Positions 8,551 through 18,865 of a stretch of 64,000 nt of DNA are shown piece after piece. Position numbers and translations under genes: made by a program. Each line of letters begins with the position of its first letter. Positions within the stretch are counted from its first letter, which is position 1. Source of the DNA: Candidatus Altiarchaeota archaeon. GTDB taxonomy: Archaea > Altiarchaeota > Altiarchaeia > IMC4 > SCGC-AAA252-I15. The notes beneath the pieces were generated by a model. The model searched no databases. It was not told the DNA's origin and was given only the letters and a program-made list of their open reading frames with translations. Location: NCBI GenBank assembly GCA_043813075.1, contig JBDRLL010000020.1, positions 25,822-89,821 on the forward strand. The letters are read 5' to 3'.

Positions 8551-9542
8551 AATACCCCTCCAGTCAAAACTGTCAGCAGCAGTGCAATCAAGCCCACTAA
8601 AGTGGATGCAAAAGATACCTTATAAATCTGCTTGAATGTGAAGACCGGGCTGAACGCCCTCATTACTGCAGAGCATGCTGGCAGCATGATGACCAGGAAA
8701 AGATGGGGTAACAGCAGCCCCGGCGACATGAAGTCAAGCGGGATGCCAGCGAATATAGTCACAAAGAGGCTGGACAGGGTGAAGGATAGCAATCCGCTGA
8801 ACAAATAATACATGCCCCTCCAGGATGCCGCATACTCCATTAGAGGGCCCTCTATGATGTCGACCTTCGGCTTTATGATGTCGAACGGACGGTTGTTCGT
8901 GAGTATGTTGAATCCTATGAAATACACTGCCGCAGCGATGATGCCTGGTAGTGAAACAATTGCTGGAGCATCCAGTGAGAGAACGTCCGGAATGCTGACG
9001 CTTTTAGCCATCACAAAAGGCACGAATAATGCGATGTAGAACGGGAAGGAGCCCAACGTAATCATCTTAAGCGCCCTCGAAGCCCCAACCTCCTCGAAAT
9101 ACCTCGAAGGCACGCCAGAGAACGAAGCGTGCTTGGCCCTGTCGCCACAAGACATTCCCGCGGACATGACAGACCTTGAGAAGGAGCCCATGGAAACATA
9201 GGATGCCTCCTCCACCTTGAGAAGGCCGACCACCCCCAGTATTGAGGAGAAGCCGAGTATGCCCCACCAGTAGGGGGTTGAGAACAATAGCACCAGGGAG
9301 ATGCACAGCATCGAGACGATGAGCGAGGCATAGTATACCACTGCATTAGGTGAATTAATCCTAACCCCCCTCTTGAACATGAACTTGAGGATGTTCCAGA
9401 AGCCTGGCGTAGTTATGGGCGGGCCGTAACGCCGCTGTATCCTCGCGTGTATCTTACGCTCTACCCCCGGGATAATGGTGGCATAGGCGATGCCGACGAC
9501 CATCGTCATCACAGAACCTGCTATTACGCTAGCCAGATTCAT
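8547..9542 (-). CDS. ehbO: Ehb membrane subunit O (NuoH/HycD family)
   Basis: GVERKIHARIQRRYGPP, RPFD...EGPLMEY motifs; multiple TM helices. Confidence 0.85.
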   Translation of the reverse strand: MNLASVIAGSVMTMVVGIAYATIIPGVERKIHARIQRRYGPPITTPGFWNILKFMFKRGVRINSPNAVVYYASLIVSMLCISLVLLFSTPYWWGILGFSSILGVVGLLKVEEASYVSMGSFSRSVMSAGMSCGDRAKHASFSGVPSRYFEEVGASRALKMITLGSFPFYIALFVPFVMAKSVSIPDVLSLDAPAIVSLPGIIAAAVYFIGFNILTNNRPFDIIKPKVDIIEGPLMEYAASWRGMYYLFSGLLSFTLSSLFVTIFAGIPLDFMSPGLLLPHLFLVIMLPACSAVMRAFSPVFTFKQIYKVSFASTLVGLIALLLTVLTGGVL

Positions 9543-10684
9543 CCTAAAGCACCCCCGTTAAAGTCCACGATCCTCTCGCCTCCAGTCTTAGCGTCCACTA
9601 CGATAGCCCGGTTCGCGCAGCAGAGGCACGGGTCGCATGAGACCACTGTGAGCATGCCATCAGTAAGATGGTCTCCCACACAAGCCTTCTCCACTGCGCC
9701 GAGATTGGTTGTCGTCGGAGTCCTGATGCGGTAGTTCCTCACTTTCCCGCCGGCATCAACCTTAAGCGAATGGTACAGCTCCCCCCTCGGAGCCTCCATG
9801 TATGATGATGCGAATTCAGTGTCTAACTCTGGTTTATCATAGCTGACTATCGGGCCTGACGGAACACCCTCCAACACCTGCCTGATGACCTTCATGGACT
9901 CCATCATCTCAAGCCCTCTGGACACTATCCTCGCCTTGTTGTCCCCCTCCTTCAACACCACCACGTTGAAGTCGAAGTCCTCGTACTCTGGAATCTCCTT
10001 CCTCCAGTCGTCCTTTAAGCCCGAGGAACGCGCCACCGGCCCAACTGCATGCGTCTCATCAGCAATCTTCCCGCTCAAGACCCCGGTCCCGGAAACCCGG
10101 GACATCACCAGCGGGTCGTCCAGAACCCTTTCGACAAACGACTTTAGTCCAGACTCCAGGCCGTCCACCATCACCCCTATCCTCTTGACTAGCTGGTCAT
10201 CCAGGTCGCACCTGGGTCTTATACCTCCGATGACCGGCACCGCATAGTGGACCCTGTTTCCTGAGAACTCGTGCATTATGCCCATAACCGACTCCCTGAG
10301 CGCGAAGGAACGGTAGGAGAACGTCTCCTGACCAAGGACTTCGAACGCATGCCCGAAGAAAAGGAGGTGCGAGTGAAGCCTCTCAAGCTCCGCAGCCATC
10401 ACCCTCACGTAGTTAGCCCTCTCAGGCACGTTTATCTGGCAGGTCTTCTCAGTCACCCTGCATGAACTCCACAAGTGTATGTGCGAGCATATCCCGCATA
10501 CCCTCTCCGTCACGATGTTCGCGTTTTTTATGGGCAGACCCTCCAGTATCCTCTCAACACCCTTGTGGGCTGCGTTGAATGTTATCTCACAGTCCTCTAT
10601 GACCTCGTCTTCCACGAGGAAGCGTATCCTGAACGGCTCAAGCAAAGCCGGGTGGACCACTCCAACAGGCACGTCAATCTTCAT
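9539..10684 (-). CDS. ehbN: [NiFe]-hydrogenase large subunit (group 4, Ehb N)
   Basis: L1 [12 protein letters not shown]2 [15 protein letters not shown], and a C-terminal extension for proteolytic maturation. Confidence 0.92.
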   Translation of the reverse strand: MKIDVPVGVVHPALLEPFRIRFLVEDEVIEDCEITFNAAHKGVERILEGLPIKNANIVTERVCGICSHIHLWSSCRVTEKTCQINVPERANYVRVMAAELERLHSHLLFFGHAFEVLGQETFSYRSFALRESVMGIMHEFSGNRVHYAVPVIGGIRPRCDLDDQLVKRIGVMVDGLESGLKSFVERVLDDPLVMSRVSGTGVLSGKIADETHAVGPVARSSGLKDDWRKEIPEYEDFDFNVVVLKEGDNKARIVSRGLEMMESMKVIRQVLEGVPSGPIVSYDKPELDTEFASSYMEAPRGELYHSLKVDAGGKVRNYRIRTPTTTNLGAVEKACVGDHLTDGMLTVVSCDPCLCCANRAIVVDAKTGGERIVDFNGGALG

Positions 10685-11142
10685 CCCTCATCCTCCAGAA
10701 TCTTCGGCAAAGCCGCGACAACGCCAGCTATCATGTCTTCAGGCCTCGGCGGGCATCCTGTCACATTCCCGTCCACCGGGATTATCTTCGCTAAAGGCCC
10801 TTCAATATGGTCTCCAGGACCGAGTTCCCCGTACACGTTCAAGTACACGCAGCCCTTTATCGCGCACGATCCCACAGCCAACACCGCCTTAGGTTCTGGT
10901 ATGCTCTCATATATCTCCTTAAGTGGTTCGAGGGTTCTCTTTGTGACAGGTCCTGTGACAGCCAGCACGTCAGCCTCCCTGGGATTCCACGTCAGGAACA
11001 CCCTGTACTGCTCCAGGTCATAGTACGGCGACAGAAGGGCGTTAACCATCTCTATGTCACAGCCGTTGCATCCGCCAGTGTACACGAGCATCACGTGAAC
11101 CGACCTCCTTCTCGAACAATTCTTAAGCATTCGAATCACCAT
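10681..11142 (-). CDS. ehbM: [NiFe]-hydrogenase small subunit (Ehb M)
   Basis: [27 protein letters not shown] Fe-S ligand motifs. Confidence 0.92.
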   Translation of the reverse strand: MVIRMLKNCSRRRSVHVMLVYTGGCNGCDIEMVNALLSPYYDLEQYRVFLTWNPREADVLAVTGPVTKRTLEPLKEIYESIPEPKAVLAVGSCAIKGCVYLNVYGELGPGDHIEGPLAKIIPVDGNVTGCPPRPEDMIAGVVAALPKILEDEG

Positions 11143-11554
11143 CCGCCCTCTTGAAGAGGTCCCTGGCCTTAACGCCAGTCACCTTCACACCCCTCGGGTG
11201 TATCGAGCCCGCAATCTTGTGGAGCGTGAACGTCGGGCAGTTGTCATGGCACTGGAAGCAGTAAACGCACTTCATGTGGTCTATCTCCGGCACCTTCTCC
11301 TTAAACCTCTTGTCAGTCAACTCTATCCTCTCTTCAAGCGGCCTCATTGTTATCGCCTTTGTGGGGCATATGTGGCTGCAGACCCCGCAGCCCAGACAAA
11401 GGTCTTCATCAACTGTCACAAGGGGGGGTATGCTGTTGGACAGTATGTTCCTCCTCATCTCCATGTCTGTGAGTCTTGAGGTGCCGAAGAGTATCTTCGG
11501 TATGTTATGCACTCCGAATGCCACGTGCTTCAATATCCTCAGCAGAGACCTCAT
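11123..11554 (-). CDS. ehbL: 2x[4Fe-4S] subunit (Ehb L)
   Basis: [12 protein letters not shown] and [12 protein letters not shown] motifs, ending in IHPR. Confidence 0.85.
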   Translation of the reverse strand: MRSLLRILKHVAFGVHNIPKILFGTSRLTDMEMRRNILSNSIPPLVTVDEDLCLGCGVCSHICPTKAITMRPLEERIELTDKRFKEKVPEIDHMKCVYCFQCHDNCPTFTLHKIAGSIHPRGVKVTGVKARDLFKRADGDSNA

Positions 11555-11769
11555 CTTCCCCTCCGAATCATTGAGCCCAAAGCCAGGCCTGCGAGAGCAG
11601 ACAGTATTATGCCTGAAAAAGGATGCTGCCCATAGTACGGGTAATCCTTGACAAGCAATGCCATGGTCAAGGACAATACGGCGAGAGCACTGCCACTGCC
11701 CTTAAACCTTATCCTGCTGCCGTATAAAACACCGATTCCCGCTGATATGATGAATGGCGCGATAATCAA
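11551..11769 (-). CDS. Small membrane subunit (Ehb J-like)
   Basis: 72 aa, three hydrophobic segments, YPYY motif; position within the operon. Confidence 0.6.
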   Translation of the reverse strand: MIIAPFIISAGIGVLYGSRIRFKGSGSALAVLSLTMALLVKDYPYYGQHPFSGIILSALAGLALGSMIRRGR

Positions 11770-12515
11770 TCCCTCACCTCCAGCAGAACTAGTAGTATGG
11801 TCATCAAGCCAGCTGAAACCTTAAGCATTATGGCGATATTCAGGTACGGGAGTATCCCCGACTTCAGCGAGTCAGGATAATCGAGGAGGTACTCGACAGA
11901 AGAAGGAGCGACACCATATATGTCCGAGCCAACGTTATACAAATAGTAGCCTCCAGCAAACAATCCAACAAGTCCGAGAGTCAGGTATGCGAGCAGGCCA
12001 AACGACTCCATCAAGACGAGGAACTCATGCGTCATCCTATACATATGCCCCCTCCCGTATACTACCAGGGATATCAGCCCGCCTGCCGCTATTATCGCAC
12101 CGCCCTGGAAGCCGCCTCCAGGCGTTATATGCCCTCCGAGCGTCACGTATATCCCATACGCGGTAGTCAACACTATCATGAACGGCGTCGCATAGTCAAG
12201 TATTACGCCCGGCTTAACGTCTTCACCGGTATCCCCCCGTTTCTCAACAGCATCAACCAGCCCCCCTCTACCATACAACATCGATACTGCGAGAACTCCT
12301 GTAACCAGCACAAGGCACTCGCCCAGGGTGTCGAAGCCCCTCCAGTCGAGTATGACCGACGCCACCACGTTAGGCGATATCCTCGTGCCCTCCAGTATGT
12401 ACACGAGATTAATGCCTGGATCAACCGTCACCATAGACAGGCTGTACATGAGGGTGAAACACAAGACGCTGAAGAAAACAAATGCGACGATACTCCTGTC
12501 TACCATGGCCTCCAC
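11766..12515 (-). CDS. MnhB-domain subunit (EhbH/EhbI-like fusion)
   Basis: NVVASVILDWRGFDTLGE followed by GHITPGGGFQGG in one polypeptide. Confidence 0.8.
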   Translation of the reverse strand: MEAMVDRSIVAFVFFSVLCFTLMYSLSMVTVDPGINLVYILEGTRISPNVVASVILDWRGFDTLGECLVLVTGVLAVSMLYGRGGLVDAVEKRGDTGEDVKPGVILDYATPFMIVLTTAYGIYVTLGGHITPGGGFQGGAIIAAGGLISLVVYGRGHMYRMTHEFLVLMESFGLLAYLTLGLVGLFAGGYYLYNVGSDIYGVAPSSVEYLLDYPDSLKSGILPYLNIAIMLKVSAGLMTILLVLLEVRD

Positions 12516-12805
12516 CCCACGAGCAGCACGACAGCAGTAATGGCAGCGAGGAAGTAGAACAACAGGTTCTGGAACCTGTCGTTGTTCTCACTGAAGACGC
12601 TGAACGAGAGGACGCTGCCCCTCAACATGAGTAATGTTACTGCGGAGGCGATGACACCCCCAACCAATCCGAAGAGAACCCTGAACAACAGGAAAACGAA
12701 CAGCACGAGTGCGGTGGCCAGCTGGAATTCAGTCGCCAAGACCGAGGACACTCTAGCAGAGTCCTTCACCCCCTCCCCCCCGTATAGCTCATCGTAGCCC
12801 ATCAC
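12500..12805 (-). CDS. Membrane subunit (Ehb G-like)
   Basis: Hydrophobic, 101 aa, coupled between the MnhD-like and MnhB-like genes. Confidence 0.6.
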   Translation of the reverse strand: MMGYDELYGGEGVKDSARVSSVLATEFQLATALVLFVFLLFRVLFGLVGGVIASAVTLLMLRGSVLSFSVFSENNDRFQNLLFYFLAAITAVVLLVGWRPW

Positions 12806-14262
12806 TTAACACTCCACAACAATCCTACCTCCTCAGCAAGAGGCCGTATGTATTGCACCGCAAGCTCAGGGTAAACCCCCAGTATGACGCACAATGCCAC
12901 AAGCACGAACAATGCTACCACATGAGTGACCGGCACTCCCTCATCAATGGACTCGACGTCATTCCTCCTCAAGTATATCATGTAGAACGCCTTCATCATC
13001 GACACGAACGTCGCTATGCTGACGAGGATCATCACTACAGCGATTTCAGGGAGGCCGACGTCCAACGCGGACTTCAGCAGCAGCAGCTTGCTCTGGAAAC
13101 CGTTGAAAGGCGGTATCCCAGATATCGCGAACTTGGCGCCAAGAACGAGAACACCCACAAAAGGTATTGCCGTCAAGGCGCCACCCAACCTGTGGAAGTC
13201 GGTTGTCCTGCTCCTGTACTTGACGCACTCACACCCCACGAACAACGCCGACTTGTACAGTGCGTTGTTGACTGCGTGAAATATCCCTGCGACAATCCCC
13301 AAGGGCGTGCCGATGCTCAGTCCGGAGGCAACGTAGCCTGCCTGGCTTACGGCGTGATAAGAAAGCAGCCTCTTGTAGTCGTCCTGCCTCAATGCCATCA
13401 CGACGCCGAAGACCATGGCGCCCATTGACAGCGCGAGCATGACGGGCCTCACGGAATCCACCCCCCTGAATAGCCTCAAGAGTATGAGCGCGAAGGAGAC
13501 GAGTATGAACTTGGTCTGCGTCTGTATCAGGCCTGCCGCGTGGGGTTCTGCGCTGCCGTACAACTCAGACTTGATGTTATGGAACGGGTACAGGCCTGAA
13601 GCGTAAGCCCATCCAAAGACCAGCAGTCCGCAGGCAAGCATCAGGACAGGGCTAGAGTATATTCCAGGGCCCATCGACTTCAGATGGTTCTCTATGTCAG
13701 TCACGTTGAGGGAGCCTGCTGACGACAATAGGAGCGCTGCACCCAACAGTATCATGTTGGCTGCTATGTTGCCGACCACCAGGTATTTGAGCGACGCCTT
13801 TATGGACTCCAGTGTCCCTGTGGCTATCACCAAGGCGACCTGCGTTATGAGTGCTATCTCAAGGAACACGTAGAAGTTGAATATGTCGTCGGTCAGCACT
13901 GCCGCAGTGCAGGATGCGACGCCCAGCACCATAAAGCTAAGGTAGACTCCAGACGGATTCTTGAAGGCCCCCAGGTAGGAGACTACCGACAGATAGGCGA
14001 TAAGGCACAATACAAGTATGACAATCATCTTCTGCGTGTTGAACAGGTATACTATCCCCGGAACGATGCTCGTCCCATAAGCCTCCCTCGTGTGGGCGCC
14101 GAACGTATGGCTCCCATAGGCGATGAACAAAGGCAGGAGGACTAACACAAACCCGAGGGACAGTATGACGTGCTTGACGAAGACCCTACCGTGAAGGAGG
14201 TTCAATATTACCGCGGTTATTAGGGGGAACACGACCATCAACGGTATGAACGTGGATTCCAC
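12802..14262 (-). CDS. ehbF: Antiporter-like subunit (Ehb F; MnhD/NuoN family)
   Basis: DIFNFYVFLE, KRLLSYHAVSQAGY, FHAVNNALYKSALF, GIPPFNGFQSK motifs. Confidence 0.88.
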   Translation of the reverse strand: MESTFIPLMVVFPLITAVILNLLHGRVFVKHVILSLGFVLVLLPLFIAYGSHTFGAHTREAYGTSIVPGIVYLFNTQKMIVILVLCLIAYLSVVSYLGAFKNPSGVYLSFMVLGVASCTAAVLTDDIFNFYVFLEIALITQVALVIATGTLESIKASLKYLVVGNIAANMILLGAALLLSSAGSLNVTDIENHLKSMGPGIYSSPVLMLACGLLVFGWAYASGLYPFHNIKSELYGSAEPHAAGLIQTQTKFILVSFALILLRLFRGVDSVRPVMLALSMGAMVFGVVMALRQDDYKRLLSYHAVSQAGYVASGLSIGTPLGIVAGIFHAVNNALYKSALFVGCECVKYRSRTTDFHRLGGALTAIPFVGVLVLGAKFAISGIPPFNGFQSKLLLLKSALDVGLPEIAVVMILVSIATFVSMMKAFYMIYLRRNDVESIDEGVPVTHVVALFVLVALCVILGVYPELAVQYIRPLAEEVGLLWSVK

Positions 14263-14619
14263 TCACCCCTCACCCCACATCTTCCTAGCGCTCAGGCTGT
14301 TGCACTGGCAGTAGGCCTTGATGCACAAGCCCAGTATAAGCGTGATGGTTGAGACGCTGATGACTATGGCGGTCAGCACCAGAGCCATCGTCAGAGGGTA
14401 TGCTGAGAGGGATGTGAAAGTGGCGCCACCAATCTCTGGGGTCAGTATTGGCACGATGCCCCCCTCTCTGTAGCCCATCGCTATGAGCACGAGGTTAACG
14501 CCGTCTGAAATGAACACGAGTCCCATAACCTTCTTTATCATGTTGTCTATGAACACGACTGCGAACAATCCTATGGCAATTAATGCTCCTGCGGTCATGA
14601 AAGACGCCGTCTGTATCAC
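14263..14619 (-). CDS. ehbE: MnhC-like subunit (Ehb E)
   Basis: NMIKKVMGL...GVNL...PLTMALVLTAIVI. Confidence 0.82.
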   Translation of the reverse strand: MIQTASFMTAGALIAIGLFAVVFIDNMIKKVMGLVFISDGVNLVLIAMGYREGGIVPILTPEIGGATFTSLSAYPLTMALVLTAIVISVSTITLILGLCIKAYCQCNSLSARKMWGEG

Positions 14620-14852
14620 TCCTCAAACCTCCTGGTCTTGTACACGGTGATCACGAATATCGCCGGCAGTATGGTCGAGCAGATTATGGCCTGCGTCAAC
14701 GCGACGTCGGGTGCCAGCAGCTTCTGGAACAGGAATGCGAGTGCCAGACCCTCTATGCCGGTGCCTATTATCACCGCCTTCATAAGGTCTTTCGGCAGCA
14801 GTGAGGCTATCGCCACTATCACCGCTGAAAACATCAGCACGTACTCTATCAT
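14616..14852 (-). CDS. ehbD: DUF4040/MnhB-N-like subunit (Ehb D)
   Basis: LLAPDVALTQAI motif. Confidence 0.8.
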   Translation of the reverse strand: MIEYVLMFSAVIVAIASLLPKDLMKAVIIGTGIEGLALAFLFQKLLAPDVALTQAIICSTILPAIFVITVYKTRRFEE

Positions 14853-15103
14853 GCCTCAACCTCCCTATGGTATCTGGTGTTAGCCACCGCGTGAGCGACG
14901 ATGGGGGCCAGCAGCAGGTAGGACAATGCTATAAGATAATACCCCATGCTGGCCATAGCTATGATGCATGCCACGTCCACGACTCCCGCAATATGGAGTC
15001 TAGCGTACTCTATGTTCCTCCTCTCTCCGAACCTTATCAGTCCGACCGACCCTATCAGGACGCCCATCCCGCATGCTATCAGCACCACATCAACAACAGT
15101 CAC
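14849..15103 (-). CDS. ehbC: MnhG-like subunit (Ehb C)
   Basis: GLIRF...YARLHIAGVVD...APIVAHAVA. Confidence 0.8.
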   Translation of the reverse strand: MTVVDVVLIACGMGVLIGSVGLIRFGERRNIEYARLHIAGVVDVACIIAMASMGYYLIALSYLLLAPIVAHAVANTRYHREVEA

Positions 15104-15357
15104 TTGAACAACCCTCCCCTAAGCATCTTAGCGTACATTATGGAGCCTACGGCTCCCGGAAGTATGAGTACGAAGGCTATGTCGGAGCTGAAGCCCAATC
15201 CATAGTACTCCTGCAGCAGCGCAAGCCCTGTGACAGCGCATATCAGGGCGACGTTCAAGCCGATTATGGAGTTCTCACTTCTTCCAGTCAGAACCAGTTG
15301 GGTTCCGGCTATGACCCCCACCGCAAGGCAAGCCATCAGGAACAGCGCTGGTATCAC
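15100..15357 (-). CDS. ehbB: MnhF-like subunit (Ehb B)
   Basis: Three TM helices, DIAFVLILPGAVGSIMYAKML. Confidence 0.7.
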   Translation of the reverse strand: MIPALFLMACLAVGVIAGTQLVLTGRSENSIIGLNVALICAVTGLALLQEYYGLGFSSDIAFVLILPGAVGSIMYAKMLRGGLFK

Positions 15358-15665
15358 TCAAACACACCCCCTATAAACCGTTCGAACGGTATGACTTCCA
15401 CCTGCTCTTTAGGCTTTATGACAGCGACCTTAAGGACCCTCCTGCTGGAGTCCACTTCGACAGTCAGGGTGCCAGGCGTGAGGGTTATCGAGTTTGCTAG
15501 GAAGAAGTGTGAGATAGGCTTCTCTAGGACGGTCTTGACCTCCATAACCTCCGGTTCCACATCCCCCTTCAAGACAAGGTAGGATACGTTAAACGCTGAT
15601 TTAAGTATATTGTACCCTAGGTTAAGCACATACAGGACTGCATAGTATAATCTCTTGACAATCAA
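15354..15665 (-). CDS. ehbA: MnhE-like subunit (Ehb A)
   Basis: LANSITLTPGTLTV motif; first gene of the operon. Confidence 0.85.
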   Translation of the reverse strand: MIVKRLYYAVLYVLNLGYNILKSAFNVSYLVLKGDVEPEVMEVKTVLEKPISHFFLANSITLTPGTLTVEVDSSRRVLKVAVIKPKEQVEVIPFERFIGGVFE

Positions 15666-15721
15666 TTTGATATTAATTAGAATCCTAATAGAAAAACACT
15701 ACGGTGTCTTCCGGGAAACCG

Positions 15722-16924
15722 TCATGAAAGGAATTTCCTGGCCAACGGCAGTAGTTTAGGCGCCTTTGCCACGAAAATCTTGAGCAGGTACTTGTAGTCT
15801 CCGGACATGACCTTCAGCACATCCTCTCCCGACACTATGTCTGCTATGCCCTCAAAGTCGTTGTCATCGCACTTCTCGAGGAAGAGCCTTATCCTCATCA
15901 GCTTCTCCAGGTATGCCCCATCCTTCTCGTGCCAGACCCTCTCATACTCTGAAAGCCTCTCCCTAGAAACATCCCCCTCCCTTATCGCCTCTGCTGCAAT
16001 GCCCGCAGCCAGTTTGGCGGCGTCCATGGCCAAGCCTATGCCGCCACCGTGTATGGGGTTTACCTGCTGTGCCGCGTCCCCGACCACCATGAATCCGTCA
16101 AGTACGAACGTGTCTACCGCGGCGCTGACCGGTATGCCTCCGGCGTTAACCTCAATGGGGCTGGCTCCCTCGAATATCTCCGGATGATTCTCTATGAACC
16201 TGTCCAAATAGTCTCTCGCACGACTGCCTTCATCTGACCTGGTGCCGACTATCCCTATCCCAACGTTCGCCGTACGGTTGCCTTTCGGGAATATCCACAC
16301 ATAACCCTTCGGAGCCACATCATTCCCGAAATATATGGCGAGAGTCTGCTCGTCAAAGTTCTTCAACCCACCCATCTCATACTGGAATCCGGAATGATAG
16401 TCCTTCAGGTGGTTTAGAGTGTTTATGCCTGCCTTCTTCGCCATCAGGGAGTCAACGCCGTCGGCGGCTATGACTATCCTCGATGAGACGCTGAACTCCT
16501 CACCCAAGTATTCCGCCCTAACACCCCTAACGCCGCCGCCGTCAATAACCACGTCTGTGACAAGCGTCTTGACCATGTACCTCGCCCCAGCCTTTATAGC
16601 TTCCGCAGCCAAATGCTTCTCAAAATTCTTCCTCTCCAGCACAAAACCCTCCGTAGTCTGGTTCTGGACGAGTATCCTCTTACCACTCGGAGAATATAGT
16701 GAAGCACTCACAATCCTCTGCACAGCCCAACGAGGGTTAGGATCAATACCATGCTTCTTCAAGCTCATTATGTTCAGGCCTTCCGCACACCTCTTGGGTG
16801 CGCCTATCTCCTGCCTCTTCTCCAGGACGAGCACGTCGACGCCTGCCTTAGCCAGGTTGACTGCCGCGATGCTTCCAGCAGGGCCTGCACCCACTATCAC
16901 AACGTCTACAGTAAGGTCTTTCAT
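15722..16924 (-). CDS. Digeranylgeranylglycerophospholipid (geranylgeranyl) reductase
   Basis: VVIVGAGPAGS, PKRCAEG, AADG, APKGYVWIFPKG, VGDAA..VNPIHGGGI motifs. Confidence 0.92.
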   Translation of the reverse strand: MKDLTVDVVIVGAGPAGSIAAVNLAKAGVDVLVLEKRQEIGAPKRCAEGLNIMSLKKHGIDPNPRWAVQRIVSASLYSPSGKRILVQNQTTEGFVLERKNFEKHLAAEAIKAGARYMVKTLVTDVVIDGGGVRGVRAEYLGEEFSVSSRIVIAADGVDSLMAKKAGINTLNHLKDYHSGFQYEMGGLKNFDEQTLAIYFGNDVAPKGYVWIFPKGNRTANVGIGIVGTRSDEGSRARDYLDRFIENHPEIFEGASPIEVNAGGIPVSAAVDTFVLDGFMVVGDAAQQVNPIHGGGIGLAMDAAKLAAGIAAEAIREGDVSRERLSEYERVWHEKDGAYLEKLMRIRLFLEKCDDNDFEGIADIVSGEDVLKVMSGDYKYLLKIFVAKAPKLLPLARKFLS

Positions 16925-17097
16925 CTCTTACCCTCCTTGACCATTGCACCTGCAGGACAGAACTTAAAACATAGTCCGCAGTCGTTGCATTTATCCTGGT
17001 CTATGTCGATGAGGGTCTCCCTGAGTTCTATGGCATTCTGGGGGCATACTCCAACGCACCCGCCGCAATACAAGCATACCCTCCTGTTGACTTGCAT
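16921..17097 (-). CDS. 2[4Fe-4S] ferredoxin (58 aa)
   Basis: Not in the track. MQVNRRVCLYCGGCVGVCPQNAIEL...KCNDCGLCFKFCPAGAMVKEGKR; its stop overlaps the GGR start (ATGA). Confidence 0.9.
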   Translation of the reverse strand: MQVNRRVCLYCGGCVGVCPQNAIELRETLIDIDQDKCNDCGLCFKFCPAGAMVKEGKR

Positions 17098-17204
17098 TTT
17101 AGTCTATAAAATAGTTTTATACCTTATTAAGCTTGCTTATAATATATAAATAATCGTATTATGGGTGTCTTTTACACTCTCGTCAGAAGGGTTGGTTGAA
17201 GAGA

Positions 17205-17933
17205 ATGAAGCATGATGTTAACATAATACTCCTGGGTTTGGTACTGTTCCTCGTAGTCTCCATGATAGCGTTGGTCGTGTACTACAGGATAACATACGAG
17301 CAGTTGAACGAGGACTACAGGACAAAGAAGACGGAACTCCAGAATCTGACGTACTCCCTAAATTCCACAATGATGCGGGTTCAGGCCCGGGATGAGGAGC
17401 TTGCAAGGATCGAAAAGCAGCTGAGGGACTTCGCAGACCAGTTGAACCTGTCCAAGACGAGGGAGTCCGCCCTCGGAGAGCATTTCACTGAACTGAAGGG
17501 CGAGAAGGGGGAGCTTTCAGACGATCTGAACAAGACTATGACCGAGCGTGCGAGATATGAGAAGCTATACAACCAGTACTACACCGACTACCGGGTATGC
17601 AAGCAGGACTACGAGCACAAGGTGACTGAACTCACCAACGCGAACAACCGTATGAACACGATGATATCGCAGGCAGCTCAGATAGACGAGAAGGCGTACT
17701 ACCTTGACACCAGGATTAACAGCATACCAGACAAGCTGAGCGCGATATACAAGAAAGCGGACGACATAGACGACCTCGCTGGCGGGATAGCCAACAAATC
17801 GATTAAAGGCGACATAGAAGACTCTGCGAGAGACATAAAGAGCCTTAGGGGTGAGGTAAACGACGTTGTGACCTCCATAGAGGGAACGTCCAACGCCATC
17901 GCGACGCTAGCAGCTGCCATAAAGAATGGATGA
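17205..17933 (+). CDS. Membrane-anchored coiled-coil protein
   Basis: N-terminal TM helix followed by long heptad-rich sequence; first gene of the MoxR operon. Confidence 0.7.
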   Translation: MKHDVNIILLGLVLFLVVSMIALVVYYRITYEQLNEDYRTKKTELQNLTYSLNSTMMRVQARDEELARIEKQLRDFADQLNLSKTRESALGEHFTELKGEKGELSDDLNKTMTERARYEKLYNQYYTDYRVCKQDYEHKVTELTNANNRMNTMISQAAQIDEKAYYLDTRINSIPDKLSAIYKKADDIDDLAGGIANKSIKGDIEDSARDIKSLRGEVNDVVTSIEGTSNAIATLAAAIKNG

Positions 17934-18837
17934 CCTCATAAGCAAGCTAAGGGAGGCTACCGCCGTATACGCGGGCCTCAGGGCATACAAGCTGGTGTTA
18001 GACCTCGCCATCAGCTTCCTCGCCGCATCCATACTGCTGCAGATAATCGGCTTCCAGATGATATACTCCCTCATACCCGCAGGCATATACGTGCTAATCC
18101 AACTGGCCTTAGAACTCAGGAGGATGAACGTCATCAAGAGGATAGGCGGCAGGTACCATGGCCTCGACGAGAGCCTGGAGACCGCCTACGAGTACCGGGA
18201 CGCTGACAACATAATCGTCCAGAGCCTTATGTCAGACGTCTCTAAGGAGATGGACAACGTGGAGTCGTCCACCTTCTTCGACCAGCGTGAGATAACCCGG
18301 CGGGTGATTGTGACGATAGTGCTATTGTTCGTGATGATGACGATAACAGTACTGGACTTGAGGGGTGCTTTGATAGATTTCATGGTGGACAACACAAATC
18401 TGGGCAGGGACTTGAACGACAAGTACGGTGATGCGAAAAACCAGTTCCAGACCATGTTCGGGGACCGGTGGGAGCAGAGCAACTGGACTACCGACAAGGA
18501 GAAGGAGAAGCTTGGCGCGGAGTCAGGGGGCGACAGGCCTGGGATAAGCGAGGGCCCAATACCCGGCACTGGAGGTGGTGTAGGCAGCGACTCTGGTAAA
18601 GACATATACGGGAAGGCTTCTTCAGCCAACATAAACGGGGAGAACGTACAATTTCAATTGCATCCCGAGTATGGTGGTGAGATAGAGATACGCGAGTCCG
18701 GGGGTCGTATAGTGCAGAACAAGTTCGAGCTCGCGACCGTGGAATCAGCCGAGACGTGTGATGAATGCGTTATAGGGCCTGAGCACGAGGAGGTTGTGCG
18801 CAAGTACTTCGAGAAGATACTCGCGGAAAATAAATGA
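17926..18837 (+). CDS. Membrane protein of the MoxR/VWA operon
   Basis: Three TM segments, LDESLETAYE motif, Gly-rich linker, C-terminal VVRKYF. Confidence 0.7.
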   Translation: MDDLISKLREATAVYAGLRAYKLVLDLAISFLAASILLQIIGFQMIYSLIPAGIYVLIQLALELRRMNVIKRIGGRYHGLDESLETAYEYRDADNIIVQSLMSDVSKEMDNVESSTFFDQREITRRVIVTIVLLFVMMTITVLDLRGALIDFMVDNTNLGRDLNDKYGDAKNQFQTMFGDRWEQSNWTTDKEKEKLGAESGGDRPGISEGPIPGTGGGVGSDSGKDIYGKASSANINGENVQFQLHPEYGGEIEIRESGGRIVQNKFELATVESAETCDECVIGPEHEEVVRKYFEKILAENK

Positions 18838-18865
18838 GGTTAAATACAATTATCATAGGTGTTTA

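Noticed and set aside
11766-15665. Stand-alone Mrp Na+/H+ antiporter
   Set aside because: The Mnh-like genes are contiguous and coupled with [NiFe]-hydrogenase subunits and an EhbP-like gene.
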